From an uncultured Anaerolineaceae bacterium (GTDB lineage: Bacteria > Chloroflexota > Limnocylindria > Limnocylindrales > CSP1-4): a DNA stretch of 64,000 nt. Below, in pieces: positions 1 through 9,324 of the stretch. The notes under the pieces were generated by a model. It was not told where the DNA came from. It made no database searches and was given only the letters and a program-made list of their open reading frames with translations. The translations under genes were made by a program, and so were the position numbers. Position 1 is the first letter of the stretch. Each line of letters opens with the position of its first letter. The stretch lies in contig CAYRTS010000005.1 of the NCBI GenBank assembly GCA_964427285.1, positions 3,646 through 67,645 on the forward strand, read 5' to 3'.

Positions 1-1171
1 GCCCGGAACTGGTCTTGAGGTCGAATCGGCCGGCGTGGTGATCGATCAGGTATTCGACGAGCGGCTTCGCCCTCGCGACGTCGGCCTCCCAGCTGGCCGG
101 CGACTCCCGAACGACATCGTCCGGGTCCTTGCCGTCCGGCAGCCGCACGACGCGGACGTCTTCGAGCTTCACGCCCGAGGTATCACCCTGGAGCTGTCCG
201 ATGAGTCCGGCCAGCGCTGTCACTCCGAGCGTGCCGGCCTTTTCGCCAGCGGCATCCACGTCGTACGCCAGCGCGATCCGGCTGGTATAGCGGGTGAGCA
301 GGGCGACATGACCCGGTGTCAGGGCCGTTCCGAGGCTGGCCACGACATTGTCAAAGCCCGCCTGGTGCGCCATCAGGGCGTCGGTGTAGCCCTCGACGAT
401 CACCGCCTGGCCGTGCCTCCGGATCGGACCCTTGGCTTTGTCGATGAGATAGAGCGTCCGACTCTTGTCGAACAGCAGCGTCGCCGGCGAGTTGAGGTAC
501 TTTGGCCCTTCGCCTTCGAGCAGCCGGCCGCCCAGCCCGACGGCGTGACCGTTCTGGTCACGAATCGGGAACAGCACGCGCGACCGGAACTTGTCGTAGA
601 CACCGCCACGCCCGCCCTGACGCGGCACGGCCAGGCCCACCTCCACCAGCTCGTCTGGCCGGACGTCGCGCTTCGAGCCGAGCGCGCGGGTCATCTGGTC
701 CCAGCCGCCGGGCGCCCAGCCAAGCTGGTGGTTGGCGATCGTCTCGTCGGTGAACCCCCGGCCGTGGAGATAGTCCAGGGCGTTGGCGCCGGCCTTCGAC
801 TGCGTCAGCACGGCGTGATAGAACGCGATCGCGTGATCCAGGACCTGGCGCAAGCGAGCCTTGTGCACATCGTCGCGCTTGGTTCGTTCGTCGATCTCGA
901 CCCCGGCACGCGCGGCCAGCGTCCGGAGCGCCTCCGGGAAGGTGACGCTGTCACGCTGCATCACGAAGCTGAAAATGTCGCCCCCCAACCCGCATCCGAA
1001 GCAGTGCCAGTTGTCTCGGCCGGGCGTCACCACAAACGACGGCGTCTTTTCACCGTGAAATGGGCAGAGGCCCTTCCAGGTGGTGCCCGCCTTCTTCAGG
1101 CTGACCGAGTCGCCGACCACATCGACGACCGCCAGCCGGCTCTTGACCTCGGCTGCAACACCGACCGCCAA
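1..1171 (-). CDS. dnaG: DNA primase (3' end runs off the window)
   Basis: Not in the ORF track; translated by hand from TTG at 1171 after a GGAGG RBS: MAVGVAAEVKSRLAVVDVV..KGLCPFHGEKTPSF..WHCFGCG (CHC2 zinc finger), KYLNSP, and TOPRIM motifs VEGYTD and AYDVDAAG, plus KDPDD. Confidence 0.97.
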   Translation of the reverse strand, partial: MAVGVAAEVKSRLAVVDVVGDSVSLKKAGTTWKGLCPFHGEKTPSFVVTPGRDNWHCFGCGLGGDIFSFVMQRDSVTFPEALRTLAARAGVEIDERTKRDDVHKARLRQVLDHAIAFYHAVLTQSKAGANALDYLHGRGFTDETIANHQLGWAPGGWDQMTRALGSKRDVRPDELVEVGLAVPRQGGRGGVYDKFRSRVLFPIRDQNGHAVGLGGRLLEGEGPKYLNSPATLLFDKSRTLYLIDKAKGPIRRHGQAVIVEGYTDALMAHQAGFDNVVASLGTALTPGHVALLTRYTSRIALAYDVDAAGEKAGTLGVTALAGLIGQLQGDTSGVKLEDVRVVRLPDGKDPDDVVRESPASWEADVARAKPLVEYLIDHHAGRFDLKTSSG

Positions 1172-1202
1172 ACGGCGCCTCCAACCCCCTGAACGTGCCT
1201 GT

Positions 1203-1227
1203 GGGCCTGTCAAGTCTTGACAAGCCC
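1203..1227. promoter_or_regulatory. Inverted repeat GGGC-C-TGTCAAG-T-CTTGACA-A-GCCC upstream of dnaG (candidate operator or 5'UTR hairpin)
   Basis: Perfect 7-1-7 palindrome at 1208-1222 with complementary GGGC/GCCC flanks. Confidence 0.45.
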
Positions 1228-1238
1228 AATCAGGTTGA

Positions 1239-1268
1239 GCATGCGCTTCCCGGCGTCGATTTGTCAAC
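1239..1268 (-). promoter_or_regulatory. Candidate sigma70-type promoter for dnaG (TTGACA-N18-CATGCT)
   Basis: Minus strand reads ttgacaaatcgacgccgggaagcgcatgct. The -35 is consensus; the -10 is imperfect. Confidence 0.35.
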
Positions 1269-1277
1269 CCCTTGTCA

Positions 1278-1294
1278 ATACTCCATAGGAGTAT
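1278..1294. promoter_or_regulatory. Palindrome ATACTCC-ATA-GGAGTAT (ATAC-N9-GTAT type operator candidate)
   Basis: Perfect 7-3-7 inverted repeat read directly from the sequence. Confidence 0.4.
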
Positions 1295-1414
1295 CACGTC
1301 CCATCGAGACGCACGCACCGAAGCGCGGTCCTACGTGTGCGGGATCCATCGAGATGTCACGGGATTGCGCATCGAAATGTCGCACTTCGTGACTGCAGAT
1401 GGACGCGGGCTCGC

Positions 1415-3274
1415 TCAGTGCTTGCGTGGCGAGCGTTCCCGGCGGACGGGCAGCTTCTGGCCACGGATCGTTGCGTTGCGCAGGGCGTGCTCAACTGCGT
1501 CGGCGACCTGAGCCTGCACGTCGACCAGGGCGAAGTCATCGAAGAGCTGGATCGCCCCGACCACAGAGCCGGGCACGCCCGCCTCGTTGGTGATCGCACC
1601 CACGAGATCGCCGGGCCGCAGGCCGGCCTGACGGCCCCCGCCGATCCAGAGCTGCTCCCAGCCGTCGGCTTCGGCCGCGCGGGGGACGCGAGGTTCCGTT
1701 CCGCCGCGGGTGACAGGTCCGCCTCGGCCGCCTGGCCCACCCGGCCCGTGGGCCAGCCTCGGTCCGCGACGCGGGTCCTCAGCCCGAGGTCCCGCCACGT
1801 CGGTGAACTGCGGTGGGACGCCGCGTCGCGGCCCACCCGGCCGGGCGCCGGCACCACCGGGCCCGGGACCGGCGCCTGGCTGCTGGAGGAAGGCCTGGGC
1901 GAGCTCGACCTCATCCTCGTCGCGGGTCTCGGCCCCCTCGATCAGGCTGACGGCTGCGAGGGCGATATCGACCAGGTCGAACTCGTCGGTCAGCGGCTCG
2001 ACCACCCCCCGCAATCGATCGTGACCGCCGGTCTCAAGGGCATCGCGCAGGTTGGCGCGGAGCAGTTCGAGCCGTCGTTCGCGCAGGTCGGCGACGGTCG
2101 GCAGGCGCGCGATCTGCAGCTTTGACCTCGTCGACGTCTCGATATTTCGCAGCAGTCGATGCTCGCGCGGCTCGACCAGGGTGATCGCCACGCCTTCGCG
2201 TCCAGCCCGACCGGTCCGGCCAATACGATGCACGTAGGCGTCCGGGTCGGACGGCACGTCGTAGTTGACGACATGACTGACGTGCTCGATATCCAGGCCG
2301 CGGGCCGCGACATCCGTCGCGACAAGCAGGTCCAGGGATCCTTCGCGGAAGCGGCCCATGATCCGGTCCCGCGCTTCCTGGGCGAGACCGCCATGGAGGG
2401 CGCCGGCGTCGTGGCCGCGACTGCTGAGTGCCTCGGCCAGGTCGTCCACCTCGCCGCGAGTCCGGGCGAAGATCAGCGCCGAGGTCGGATCCTCAACGTC
2501 GAGGATCCGACACAGGGCAGCAAGCTTGTCCACTCGGCGCACGACGTACGCGGTCTGGCGAACCCGTGGGGCACCGTCGCCGGTCGGCCGCTCGGCCTTG
2601 ACGGCGATCCTCGCGGGCTCCCGAAGGTGGCGCCTGGCGATCCGGGTGATGGTCGGCGAAATCGTCGCCGAGAAGAGAGCCGTCTGACGAGCCTCCGGCG
2701 TGGCCGACAGGATCGTATCGAGATCCTCGGCAAACCCCATGTCGAGCATCTCGTCCGCCTCGTCGAGGACGACGATATCGACCTCATCGAAGGAGAGACT
2801 GCCGCGCTTGAGATGGTCGACGGCACGACCCGGGGTCGCGACGACGACGTCGACGCCATTGCGCAAGCCGCGCAGCTGCTGCCCGATCGGCTGACCGCCA
2901 TACACCGGCACGACCCGGGCGCCGAGCCCCTTGCCGTAGGAGTGAAAGGCTTCGGCGACCTGCATGGCGAGCTCGCGGGTTGGGACGACAACGAGTGCCC
3001 GGGTCCGGCCGGGTCCGGCCGCGCCGATCGCGATGCGCTGGAGGATCGGCAGGGCGAAGGCCGCCGTCTTGCCGGTGCCGGTTGGCGCCTCCGCGAGGAG
3101 GTCGCGGCCCTCGAGCAGCAGGGGGATCGCCTCACGCTGGATCGGGGTCGGTTCCTCGTAGCCAAGACCGGCGATCGCCTCGAGCAGGCGCTGGTCGAGA
3201 TCGAAGGCAAGGAACCCGTCCGAGGCTGAGGCGGGATTCTGGGGCTGGACGGTTGTCGCATCGTTGGTTGCCAT
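1415..3274 (-). CDS. deaD: DEAD-box RNA helicase with C-terminal DbpA RNA-binding domain (DeaD/CsdA-like)
   Basis: Q motif PTPIQ, GTGKT, PTRELA, TPGR, DEAD, SAT, ARGLD, HRIGRTGR, and a C-terminal DbpA-type GDLVGAI..F..VDV segment. Start uncertain (3274 or 3307). Confidence 0.92.
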   Translation of the reverse strand: MATNDATTVQPQNPASASDGFLAFDLDQRLLEAIAGLGYEEPTPIQREAIPLLLEGRDLLAEAPTGTGKTAAFALPILQRIAIGAAGPGRTRALVVVPTRELAMQVAEAFHSYGKGLGARVVPVYGGQPIGQQLRGLRNGVDVVVATPGRAVDHLKRGSLSFDEVDIVVLDEADEMLDMGFAEDLDTILSATPEARQTALFSATISPTITRIARRHLREPARIAVKAERPTGDGAPRVRQTAYVVRRVDKLAALCRILDVEDPTSALIFARTRGEVDDLAEALSSRGHDAGALHGGLAQEARDRIMGRFREGSLDLLVATDVAARGLDIEHVSHVVNYDVPSDPDAYVHRIGRTGRAGREGVAITLVEPREHRLLRNIETSTRSKLQIARLPTVADLRERRLELLRANLRDALETGGHDRLRGVVEPLTDEFDLVDIALAAVSLIEGAETRDEDEVELAQAFLQQPGAGPGPGGAGARPGGPRRGVPPQFTDVAGPRAEDPRRGPRLAHGPGGPGGRGGPVTRGGTEPRVPRAAEADGWEQLWIGGGRQAGLRPGDLVGAITNEAGVPGSVVGAIQLFDDFALVDVQAQVADAVEHALRNATIRGQKLPVRRERSPRKH

Positions 3275-3407
3275 TGGTCGATTGTCCGTCCTTCCTCGCT
3301 TGGCCATGGTCGGCCGCCTATCGCGCCTCATCTTCGGAACCGCTGGACGCCGTCGTGCGTCGATCCGCCGACCGACCCACTCACCAACCGAATCAGGTGC
3401 TGCACCA

Positions 3408-4316
3408 ATGTCTTCACGCCGCCCCCTCGTCTCCATCACGCTCGTGGCACTCGTCGCAGCCGCCTGCAGCGTTGCGCCGGGCGCGTCCAGCGCGAGCCCC
3501 TCCCCTTCTCCCACCGCGCCCGGGATCGTCCACCCGACCGGCCCGCGGGATCTCGTCCTTCGGCTCCGTTACGTTGGTGGATTCGCCCCTCCCTCCGTCC
3601 ACTTGCAGTCTCTTCCGGTCAATACCGTGTATGGCGACGGGACCGTGATGATGCCCGGAGCCCAGTTCGAGATCTACCCCGGGCCGGCGCTCCCCAACCT
3701 CCAGCGCGCGACGATCACTCCGGCCGGGGTGCAGATTCTGCTGGAGGCGGCTCGTGATGCCGGGTTGCTGGGGCCCGACGCGTTCTACGACCTCGGCGGG
3801 ATCGCGGACGCCAGCACGGCCGAGTTCACCGTCAATGCCGACGGTCGCGTTCACGTGATCAAGGCCTACGCCCTGATGGAGGGCGGCGAAACGGTGCAGC
3901 CGGGGACGGATCCCGCCGTCGTCGAGGCGCGGGCGAAGCTCGCCGCCTTCCGCGCAAAGCTCGGGAATCTGGAAGCCCTGCTCGGTCCGGAACTCGGGCC
4001 ATGGGCCCAGTACGAACCGGATGCCGTTCAATTGCTGGTGCGCGGCGGTGCCCCGGATGACGGCCAGGGCGTCGCCCAGGAGCCGATCGCCTGGCCGCTC
4101 GCCACGCCGCTGGCCGGCTTTGGCACGACCCACCCGACCCTGTTTCAGGGGGAGCGCTGCGGCGTGGTCAGGGATGGGGACCTCGATCTGCTGATGCCGC
4201 TGATCCAGAAGGCCAACGCACTCACGCCCTGGACGGACCGTGGCGACTCGTACGGCATCACCGTTCGACCGCTCCTTCCCGACGAGGCCGGGTGCGCATT
4301 CGACGCGCTTGGGTAG
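3408..4316 (+). CDS. Hypothetical lipoprotein
   Basis: Basic N-terminus, hydrophobic stretch and lipobox VAAAC, then a Ser/Pro linker and a globular domain. ATG at 3408. Confidence 0.7.
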   Translation: MSSRRPLVSITLVALVAAACSVAPGASSASPSPSPTAPGIVHPTGPRDLVLRLRYVGGFAPPSVHLQSLPVNTVYGDGTVMMPGAQFEIYPGPALPNLQRATITPAGVQILLEAARDAGLLGPDAFYDLGGIADASTAEFTVNADGRVHVIKAYALMEGGETVQPGTDPAVVEARAKLAAFRAKLGNLEALLGPELGPWAQYEPDAVQLLVRGGAPDDGQGVAQEPIAWPLATPLAGFGTTHPTLFQGERCGVVRDGDLDLLMPLIQKANALTPWTDRGDSYGITVRPLLPDEAGCAFDALG

Positions 4317-4412
4317 TCGCGTCGGCCGCCCGCTCCGGACTACTCGGATAGACTGCCCCGGCTTCGCACGGGTCCGGCGCGGGCGCAGTCAGTACGAGGA
4401 GCCGTCGTCCCA

Positions 4413-6785
4413 ATGTCTTCAACACAAGCCGCCGCTTCATTGAGCCGCGAGCCCGCCACGGTGCGTGTCGCGATGTGGAGCGCACGTCATCGCTGGTCCG
4501 TGGTGGTCCTCTGGCTTGCCGCGACGATCGGGCTGTTCGCGCTCAGCCTGACGATGGGCGGGATCAACGCCGACGACGCTGGCGGCAATCCGAGTGATCA
4601 GCAGCTCGAGGCGAGCGAAGCCTACGACGTCTTCAACGCCGGCGGCAGCAACGACCCGTTCGAGAGCTTTGTCGTGGTCATTGCTGGCGGACCGGGGGCG
4701 ACCACCGATCCCGAATATCAGCGAGCGATCGGCGACCTCGTCGCCAATCTCCGCGCGGCTGGCGTGGCCATCGATGGGCAGCACACGCCGACCTTCGAGG
4801 GGATCCCGAACCCCTTTGAGGTTCCACCAACGGCTGGATTGCTGTCGGCCGATGGGACGACGGCACGGATCGTCACGAGGATTGCCGGTGATGACGAGCG
4901 GGTCAGCGTGCTGCTCGAGCCCATCCTGCCGATCATCCATGCGGCCCGGGCCGCCCATCCCGAACTGACCATCCACGTTGTCAGCGGCACGTTCATCAAC
5001 GACGACATCAACGAGCTGATCTCGTCCGGCCTGGACGATTCGCTGAAACTGACGCTCCCGCTCACATTCTTCATTCTGCTGCTGGCGTTCGGGGCGATCG
5101 TGGCATCGGTCGTGCCACTGATCCTGGCCGTGACGTCCCTCGTGGCCGCGTTCGGGATCATGGGCATCTACAGCCAGCTGATCGGCCCGGTCAGCCCAAA
5201 CGCCACACAACTCATCGTCCTGATCGGGCTGGCCGTGGCGGTCGACTACAGCTTGTTCATGATCACCCGCTTCCGGGTGGAGCGGCGGGCCGGCCGCTCC
5301 AGATCGAAGGCGATCGAGATCTCCAGCAGCACCGCGGGACGCGCCGTCTTTTTCTCCGGGCTCGCGGTGATGATCTCGTTGGCGGGCCTGGTCACGCTCG
5401 GCGTCTCGTTGTTCACGTCCATGGCGATCGGGACCATCGCGGTGGTGCTCGTGTCGGTCATCGGCAGCCTGACGTTCCTGCCGGCCTCGCTGGCGATCCT
5501 CGGCGACCGGGTGAACCTCGGCAGACCGTCGACCTGGGTCCCTCGCCTCGTCGTCGCCCTTCCGCTCGGATCGGCCAGCCGCTGGGGGCGCTCGGCGCTC
5601 AATTGGCTCGACCACCGCTCGGACCGGCATGAGGGCGCGGGCTTCTGGGGAGGCCTCGTGTCGGCGGTGATGGCTCGCCCGATCCGGCTGACGGTGCTGT
5701 CCGCCGTCCTCCTGCTGGTCGTGGCCGCGCCGGTCCTGAACCTGCGCACCGGGACTACGGACATCACCGCTTTTCCGGACTCGATCGATGGCGTCGCCGG
5801 GATCAAACTGCTTGATGAGAAGTGGCCGGAGGGCACCGACCTTCAGCTGGCCGTCGTGGTGACGAAGGCCGACGACGCCGCTACGCAGGCCGCGATTGAG
5901 CGCTTGAAGGTCGAGGGCCTCAAGCTCGACGGCCTGCACGAGCCGGTGCAAGTGACGCTGTCACGGGACGGCAAGGCCGCCCTCGTCTCGTTCACCATGG
6001 CCGGTGGGCAGAACGATGATGTGAACCGGAACCTGGTCCGGCTGGTTCGGCGCGATTTGAATCCGTCGGTCTTCGGTGCGCTGGCCGAGGTCCGGACGTA
6101 TGTGACCGGGGGCGCGGCGTTTTCGGTCGATGTGACCAAGGTCTATGCCGACGGCGTGCCGACGATCTTCGGGTTCGTTCTCGGGCTGTCGTTCCTGCTG
6201 ATGCTGGTAGCGTTCCACTCGATCGTGATCCCGATCAAGGCGATCCTGCTCAATCTGCTGTCGACCGCCGCCGCCTACGGGATCCTCGTCCTGGTCTTCC
6301 AGGATGGCTGGTTGGCCGAGCCGCTGGGGATCACACCGAGCGGGGTGATCGAAAGCTGGGTGCCGCTGTTCATCTTCACGATCCTGTTCGGCCTATCGAT
6401 GGACTACCACCTGTTCATCCTCACGCGGATCAAGGAGGCCCGCGACCGCGGGCTCGAATCGCGCGCGGCGGTCGCGACGGGAATCTCCGTCACGTCGGGG
6501 ACGATCACCAGCGCCGCCTCGATCATGGTTGTCGTCTTTGCCGTGTTCGTGACTCTCAAGTTCGTGTTCATTCAGCAGCTCGGTCTGGGGCTGGCCGTGG
6601 CCGTGTTCATTGACGCGACGGTGATCCGGAGCGTGCTGCTACCGGCCTCGATGACGCTGCTGGGCGACTGGAACTGGTGGATGCCACGTTGGCTGGACTG
6701 GATCCCGCAGGTCACGATCGAAGGGGACCCAGAGGAGCCGGCGGAGGGCGTTCAGGGGGTCGAGGGGGCCACGACGCCCGCGTAA
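4413..6785 (+). CDS. MMPL family (RND superfamily) transporter
   Basis: 790 aa with two membrane repeats and MMPL motifs GLAVAVDYSLFMITRFR, GRAVFFSG, FGLSMDYHLF and DATVIRSVLLPA. GAGGAG RBS. Confidence 0.93.
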   Translation: MSSTQAAASLSREPATVRVAMWSARHRWSVVVLWLAATIGLFALSLTMGGINADDAGGNPSDQQLEASEAYDVFNAGGSNDPFESFVVVIAGGPGATTDPEYQRAIGDLVANLRAAGVAIDGQHTPTFEGIPNPFEVPPTAGLLSADGTTARIVTRIAGDDERVSVLLEPILPIIHAARAAHPELTIHVVSGTFINDDINELISSGLDDSLKLTLPLTFFILLLAFGAIVASVVPLILAVTSLVAAFGIMGIYSQLIGPVSPNATQLIVLIGLAVAVDYSLFMITRFRVERRAGRSRSKAIEISSSTAGRAVFFSGLAVMISLAGLVTLGVSLFTSMAIGTIAVVLVSVIGSLTFLPASLAILGDRVNLGRPSTWVPRLVVALPLGSASRWGRSALNWLDHRSDRHEGAGFWGGLVSAVMARPIRLTVLSAVLLLVVAAPVLNLRTGTTDITAFPDSIDGVAGIKLLDEKWPEGTDLQLAVVVTKADDAATQAAIERLKVEGLKLDGLHEPVQVTLSRDGKAALVSFTMAGGQNDDVNRNLVRLVRRDLNPSVFGALAEVRTYVTGGAAFSVDVTKVYADGVPTIFGFVLGLSFLLMLVAFHSIVIPIKAILLNLLSTAAAYGILVLVFQDGWLAEPLGITPSGVIESWVPLFIFTILFGLSMDYHLFILTRIKEARDRGLESRAAVATGISVTSGTITSAASIMVVVFAVFVTLKFVFIQQLGLGLAVAVFIDATVIRSVLLPASMTLLGDWNWWMPRWLDWIPQVTIEGDPEEPAEGVQGVEGATTPA

Positions 6786-6804
6786 GGCGGGAACGGCCGA
6801 TCGA

Positions 6805-7122
6805 CTACCCCTCGCGGGCGATGGGTTCCAGATCGATGGTGCGCACCTGGCGGGTCCGGCCGGCTTCGGTCCGGACGAGCGCGGCCGGGATGACCCCGGA
6901 AGCCATCTTCTCGATCACCGCCGCTTCACCGGCATACAGGCCGCCGCCGGTGATCCTGACCCGATCCCCCACTGAGAGCCCGGCCCTGCCGCTCCCGGCG
7001 GTCACGTCAATCGTGGCCACGGTTGGCCGAATGTACGTCTCCGGGCCCGCTCCCGGACGCTGCGCCGGCTTGTTGTCCGTTCGGGCCGGGGGATAGATCG
7101 TCTTGCGTTTGCGTGTCGCCAC
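6805..7122 (-). CDS. Small basic protein with a KOW-like motif
   Basis: AGGAGG RBS before GTG. LSVGDRVRITGGGLYAGEAAVIEK fits the KOW pattern. Confidence 0.7.
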   Translation of the reverse strand: MATRKRKTIYPPARTDNKPAQRPGAGPETYIRPTVATIDVTAGSGRAGLSVGDRVRITGGGLYAGEAAVIEKMASGVIPAALVRTEAGRTRQVRTIDLEPIAREG

Positions 7123-7223
7123 AGTGGCTGGAACCCTCCTGCAGCCGCGTCATGAATGCGCGGCACGCCCGCGATGCTACATCGGCAGGTCAACGAGGGT
7201 CGGGGGACGCTGCTGGGCGGTGC

Positions 7224-8669
7224 GTGTCGTATCGTGACGAGGTGGTTGATCCCCCACCTCCGGAAGCGTTCGAGCCGACCTCCGATGCCATCGCTGGCGA
7301 GCACCGACCTGCGAGGCGACTCCAGATTGCCCTGACCCTGACGATCGTCGTGGCACTCGTCCTGGGGACGATCGGGGGTACGGGGTTGATCACTCCGTCC
7401 GCTCCCATCGTGGGAACGGACATGTTCGAAGGCGCGTCCCCGACGGAGCCCCGCCTCGTCGCCGTTGATGCCGCGGGCGGCGTGAGTACGATCGATCAGC
7501 ATGGTGGCTCCGTGGTGGCCTATCCCGTCCCGAGCGTCGCATTCCAGTTTCCGGCCTGGTCTCCGGACGGGACGTCCTTCGCCGCCATCGGCCGGGACGC
7601 CGAGGGGGCCGGTGTCTATGTCTTCGAGGCTCGCGCCCTCGGCCAGCCGCCAACGGATCCGGTCATCGTCTACGAGAGCGCCGACCATCCGCCCTTCTAC
7701 CTGTACTGGGCGCCGGACAGCCAACAGGTAACGTTCCTGACCAGCGAGGTCCAGCAATTGGCGTTGCGAATCGCGCCCGCTGACGGGCGGGCGGCGGCCG
7801 TCACCATCCGCGCCGGCGCACCCATCTACTGGGACTTCATCGATGCCGGACGGCTGCTGGTCCATGAGGGCGCGGCTGGGCCGGATGGCTTTTTCGGAGA
7901 AGTCACGGTGGCCGGTTCCGTGACCGGCACCCTGGGCGGACCGCCGGGCTTCTATCGGGCCCCGGCCACCGCGCTCGGTGGTCAAGTCCGGGCGTCTGTC
8001 GAGATCGGCGTCGGTCAGGATGGCGATGGACCGACCGGTGACCTGGTGGTCGAGCAACTCGACGGCAGCGACGCCAGCCGGATCCAGATCTTTGGGCCAG
8101 CCGCGCTCACGTTCTCAGCGCACGGTGACCAGCTGGCGTTCATCGCCGCGGACCGCGCTGGTCAGGGCGATCTCCCGTTGCCGGTCGGCCCGCTCCGGGT
8201 GCTGGACGTGGCCAGCGGGCAGGTAAGGACGCTCGTGGACGGCCGCGTCGTCGCGTTCTTCTGGTCCCCGAACGGCAAGACGATCGCTGCCCTCGGGGTT
8301 GATGGCACGAACGACGGCGTCATGGAGGCACGCTACGGCCCGGGGGGCCCGGGCGGAACCGTCACCCTCGCGCGCGCCAGCGGCGTGGAGGCTGCAGCCG
8401 GTGTCACGCTTCGACTGACCTTCGTGAACACCATCACGGGCTCGATCGTCTCGCAGGGCCTCGTGCGACTGTCCGACCTGTTCGTCAACCAGGTGCTCCC
8501 GTTCTTCGACCAGTACGCGCTCAGCCATCGGGTCTGGTCGCCCGATCTGTCTGCCGTCGTCCTGCCGATCGTGGGACAGGATGACGTCACACAGTTGTTC
8601 GTGATCCCGGCAGACGGCTCCGAGCCCCAGGCGGTGGCGACGGGCGAGATGGGATTCTGGAATCGATGA
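7224..8669 (+). CDS. Membrane-anchored TolB-like (PD40/WD40) beta-propeller protein
   Basis: One N-terminal TM helix (IALTLTIVVALVLGTIGG) and repeated FPAWSPDG, LYWAPDS, FFWSPNG, VWSPD motifs. Start estimated at GTG 7224. Confidence 0.8.
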   Translation: MSYRDEVVDPPPPEAFEPTSDAIAGEHRPARRLQIALTLTIVVALVLGTIGGTGLITPSAPIVGTDMFEGASPTEPRLVAVDAAGGVSTIDQHGGSVVAYPVPSVAFQFPAWSPDGTSFAAIGRDAEGAGVYVFEARALGQPPTDPVIVYESADHPPFYLYWAPDSQQVTFLTSEVQQLALRIAPADGRAAAVTIRAGAPIYWDFIDAGRLLVHEGAAGPDGFFGEVTVAGSVTGTLGGPPGFYRAPATALGGQVRASVEIGVGQDGDGPTGDLVVEQLDGSDASRIQIFGPAALTFSAHGDQLAFIAADRAGQGDLPLPVGPLRVLDVASGQVRTLVDGRVVAFFWSPNGKTIAALGVDGTNDGVMEARYGPGGPGGTVTLARASGVEAAAGVTLRLTFVNTITGSIVSQGLVRLSDLFVNQVLPFFDQYALSHRVWSPDLSAVVLPIVGQDDVTQLFVIPADGSEPQAVATGEMGFWNR

Positions 8670-8745
8670 GTATTCCTTTGGGCACATTGATCCGCGACGA
8701 TCGCTGCAGCCTGGCTGGGTTTGTCTCGATGGGCACCTGAGCGAA

Positions 8746-9317
8746 ATGAGGCGATGGGCAGATCGCCGAGCTCAAATCGGACGTCTCGATCAACGATATT
8801 CGAGCACGGGCCCTGACGCCCTTGCCGAGGGTCTCGACTCTACCGACCTTCTGGGCGAACTCGCACGGGCGATGCATGACGCCGCCGACGCGCAGTTTGC
8901 GCGGATCACGCCGGAGCTCGAACGCCAGCGGCTGCGCCTGGTCGAGTCCATCGTGGCGCGTGCCACCGTCGACACCGATGATCTCAAGGCCGAACTCGAG
9001 GCGGAGGCGGAAGAGATCAAGCTCGAGCGGATGCGTCGGATCGATGGTCGGCGCGGCGAGCATGCGGCGATCATCAGCCGCTCCCCGCCCCTACCACGGT
9101 CGATGAGCGGCGCGGGATGGCTCTCATGCAGCCCGCCCAGCCGGGGATCGCCACCCCGGATCCTGCCCGAACCTGGGGATCAGCGGATGCACAGCCATGG
9201 AGAGCCGAGGCCGCCAGACCGTGGGAACCCGCGACCCTGGCCGAGGTTCAACCGCCTGAGGTCCCCTCCCCGTCGTCACCAGGTGCATCAGCTGGACCAG
9301 CGAGAGAGGAGAACTGA
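8746..9317 (+). pseudogene. Putative frameshifted or degraded hypothetical gene (coiled-coil N-part, Pro-rich C-part)
   Basis: The 8746 frame gives a charged helical segment (LLGELARAMHDAADAQFARITPELERQRLRL..EIKLERMRRIDGRR) up to about 9070. A different frame (9117..9317) continues to a stop 7 nt from the convergent hydrolase stop. Confidence 0.4.
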
Positions 9318-9324
9318 CCGGGCG

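Noticed and set aside
35-1192. 385-aa plus-strand ORF, and similar long ORFs (2159..3229+, 8746..10284+, 24623..26509-, 28193..29719+, 38272..39735+, 49559..50986+)
   Set aside because: These are antisense or alternate-frame shadows of clear genes in high-GC DNA, with no motifs and Arg/Gly/Pro-biased translations.
1172-1414. Replication origin
   Set aside because: No TTATCCACA-type DnaA boxes, no long AT-rich unwinding element, and no dnaA/dnaN context.
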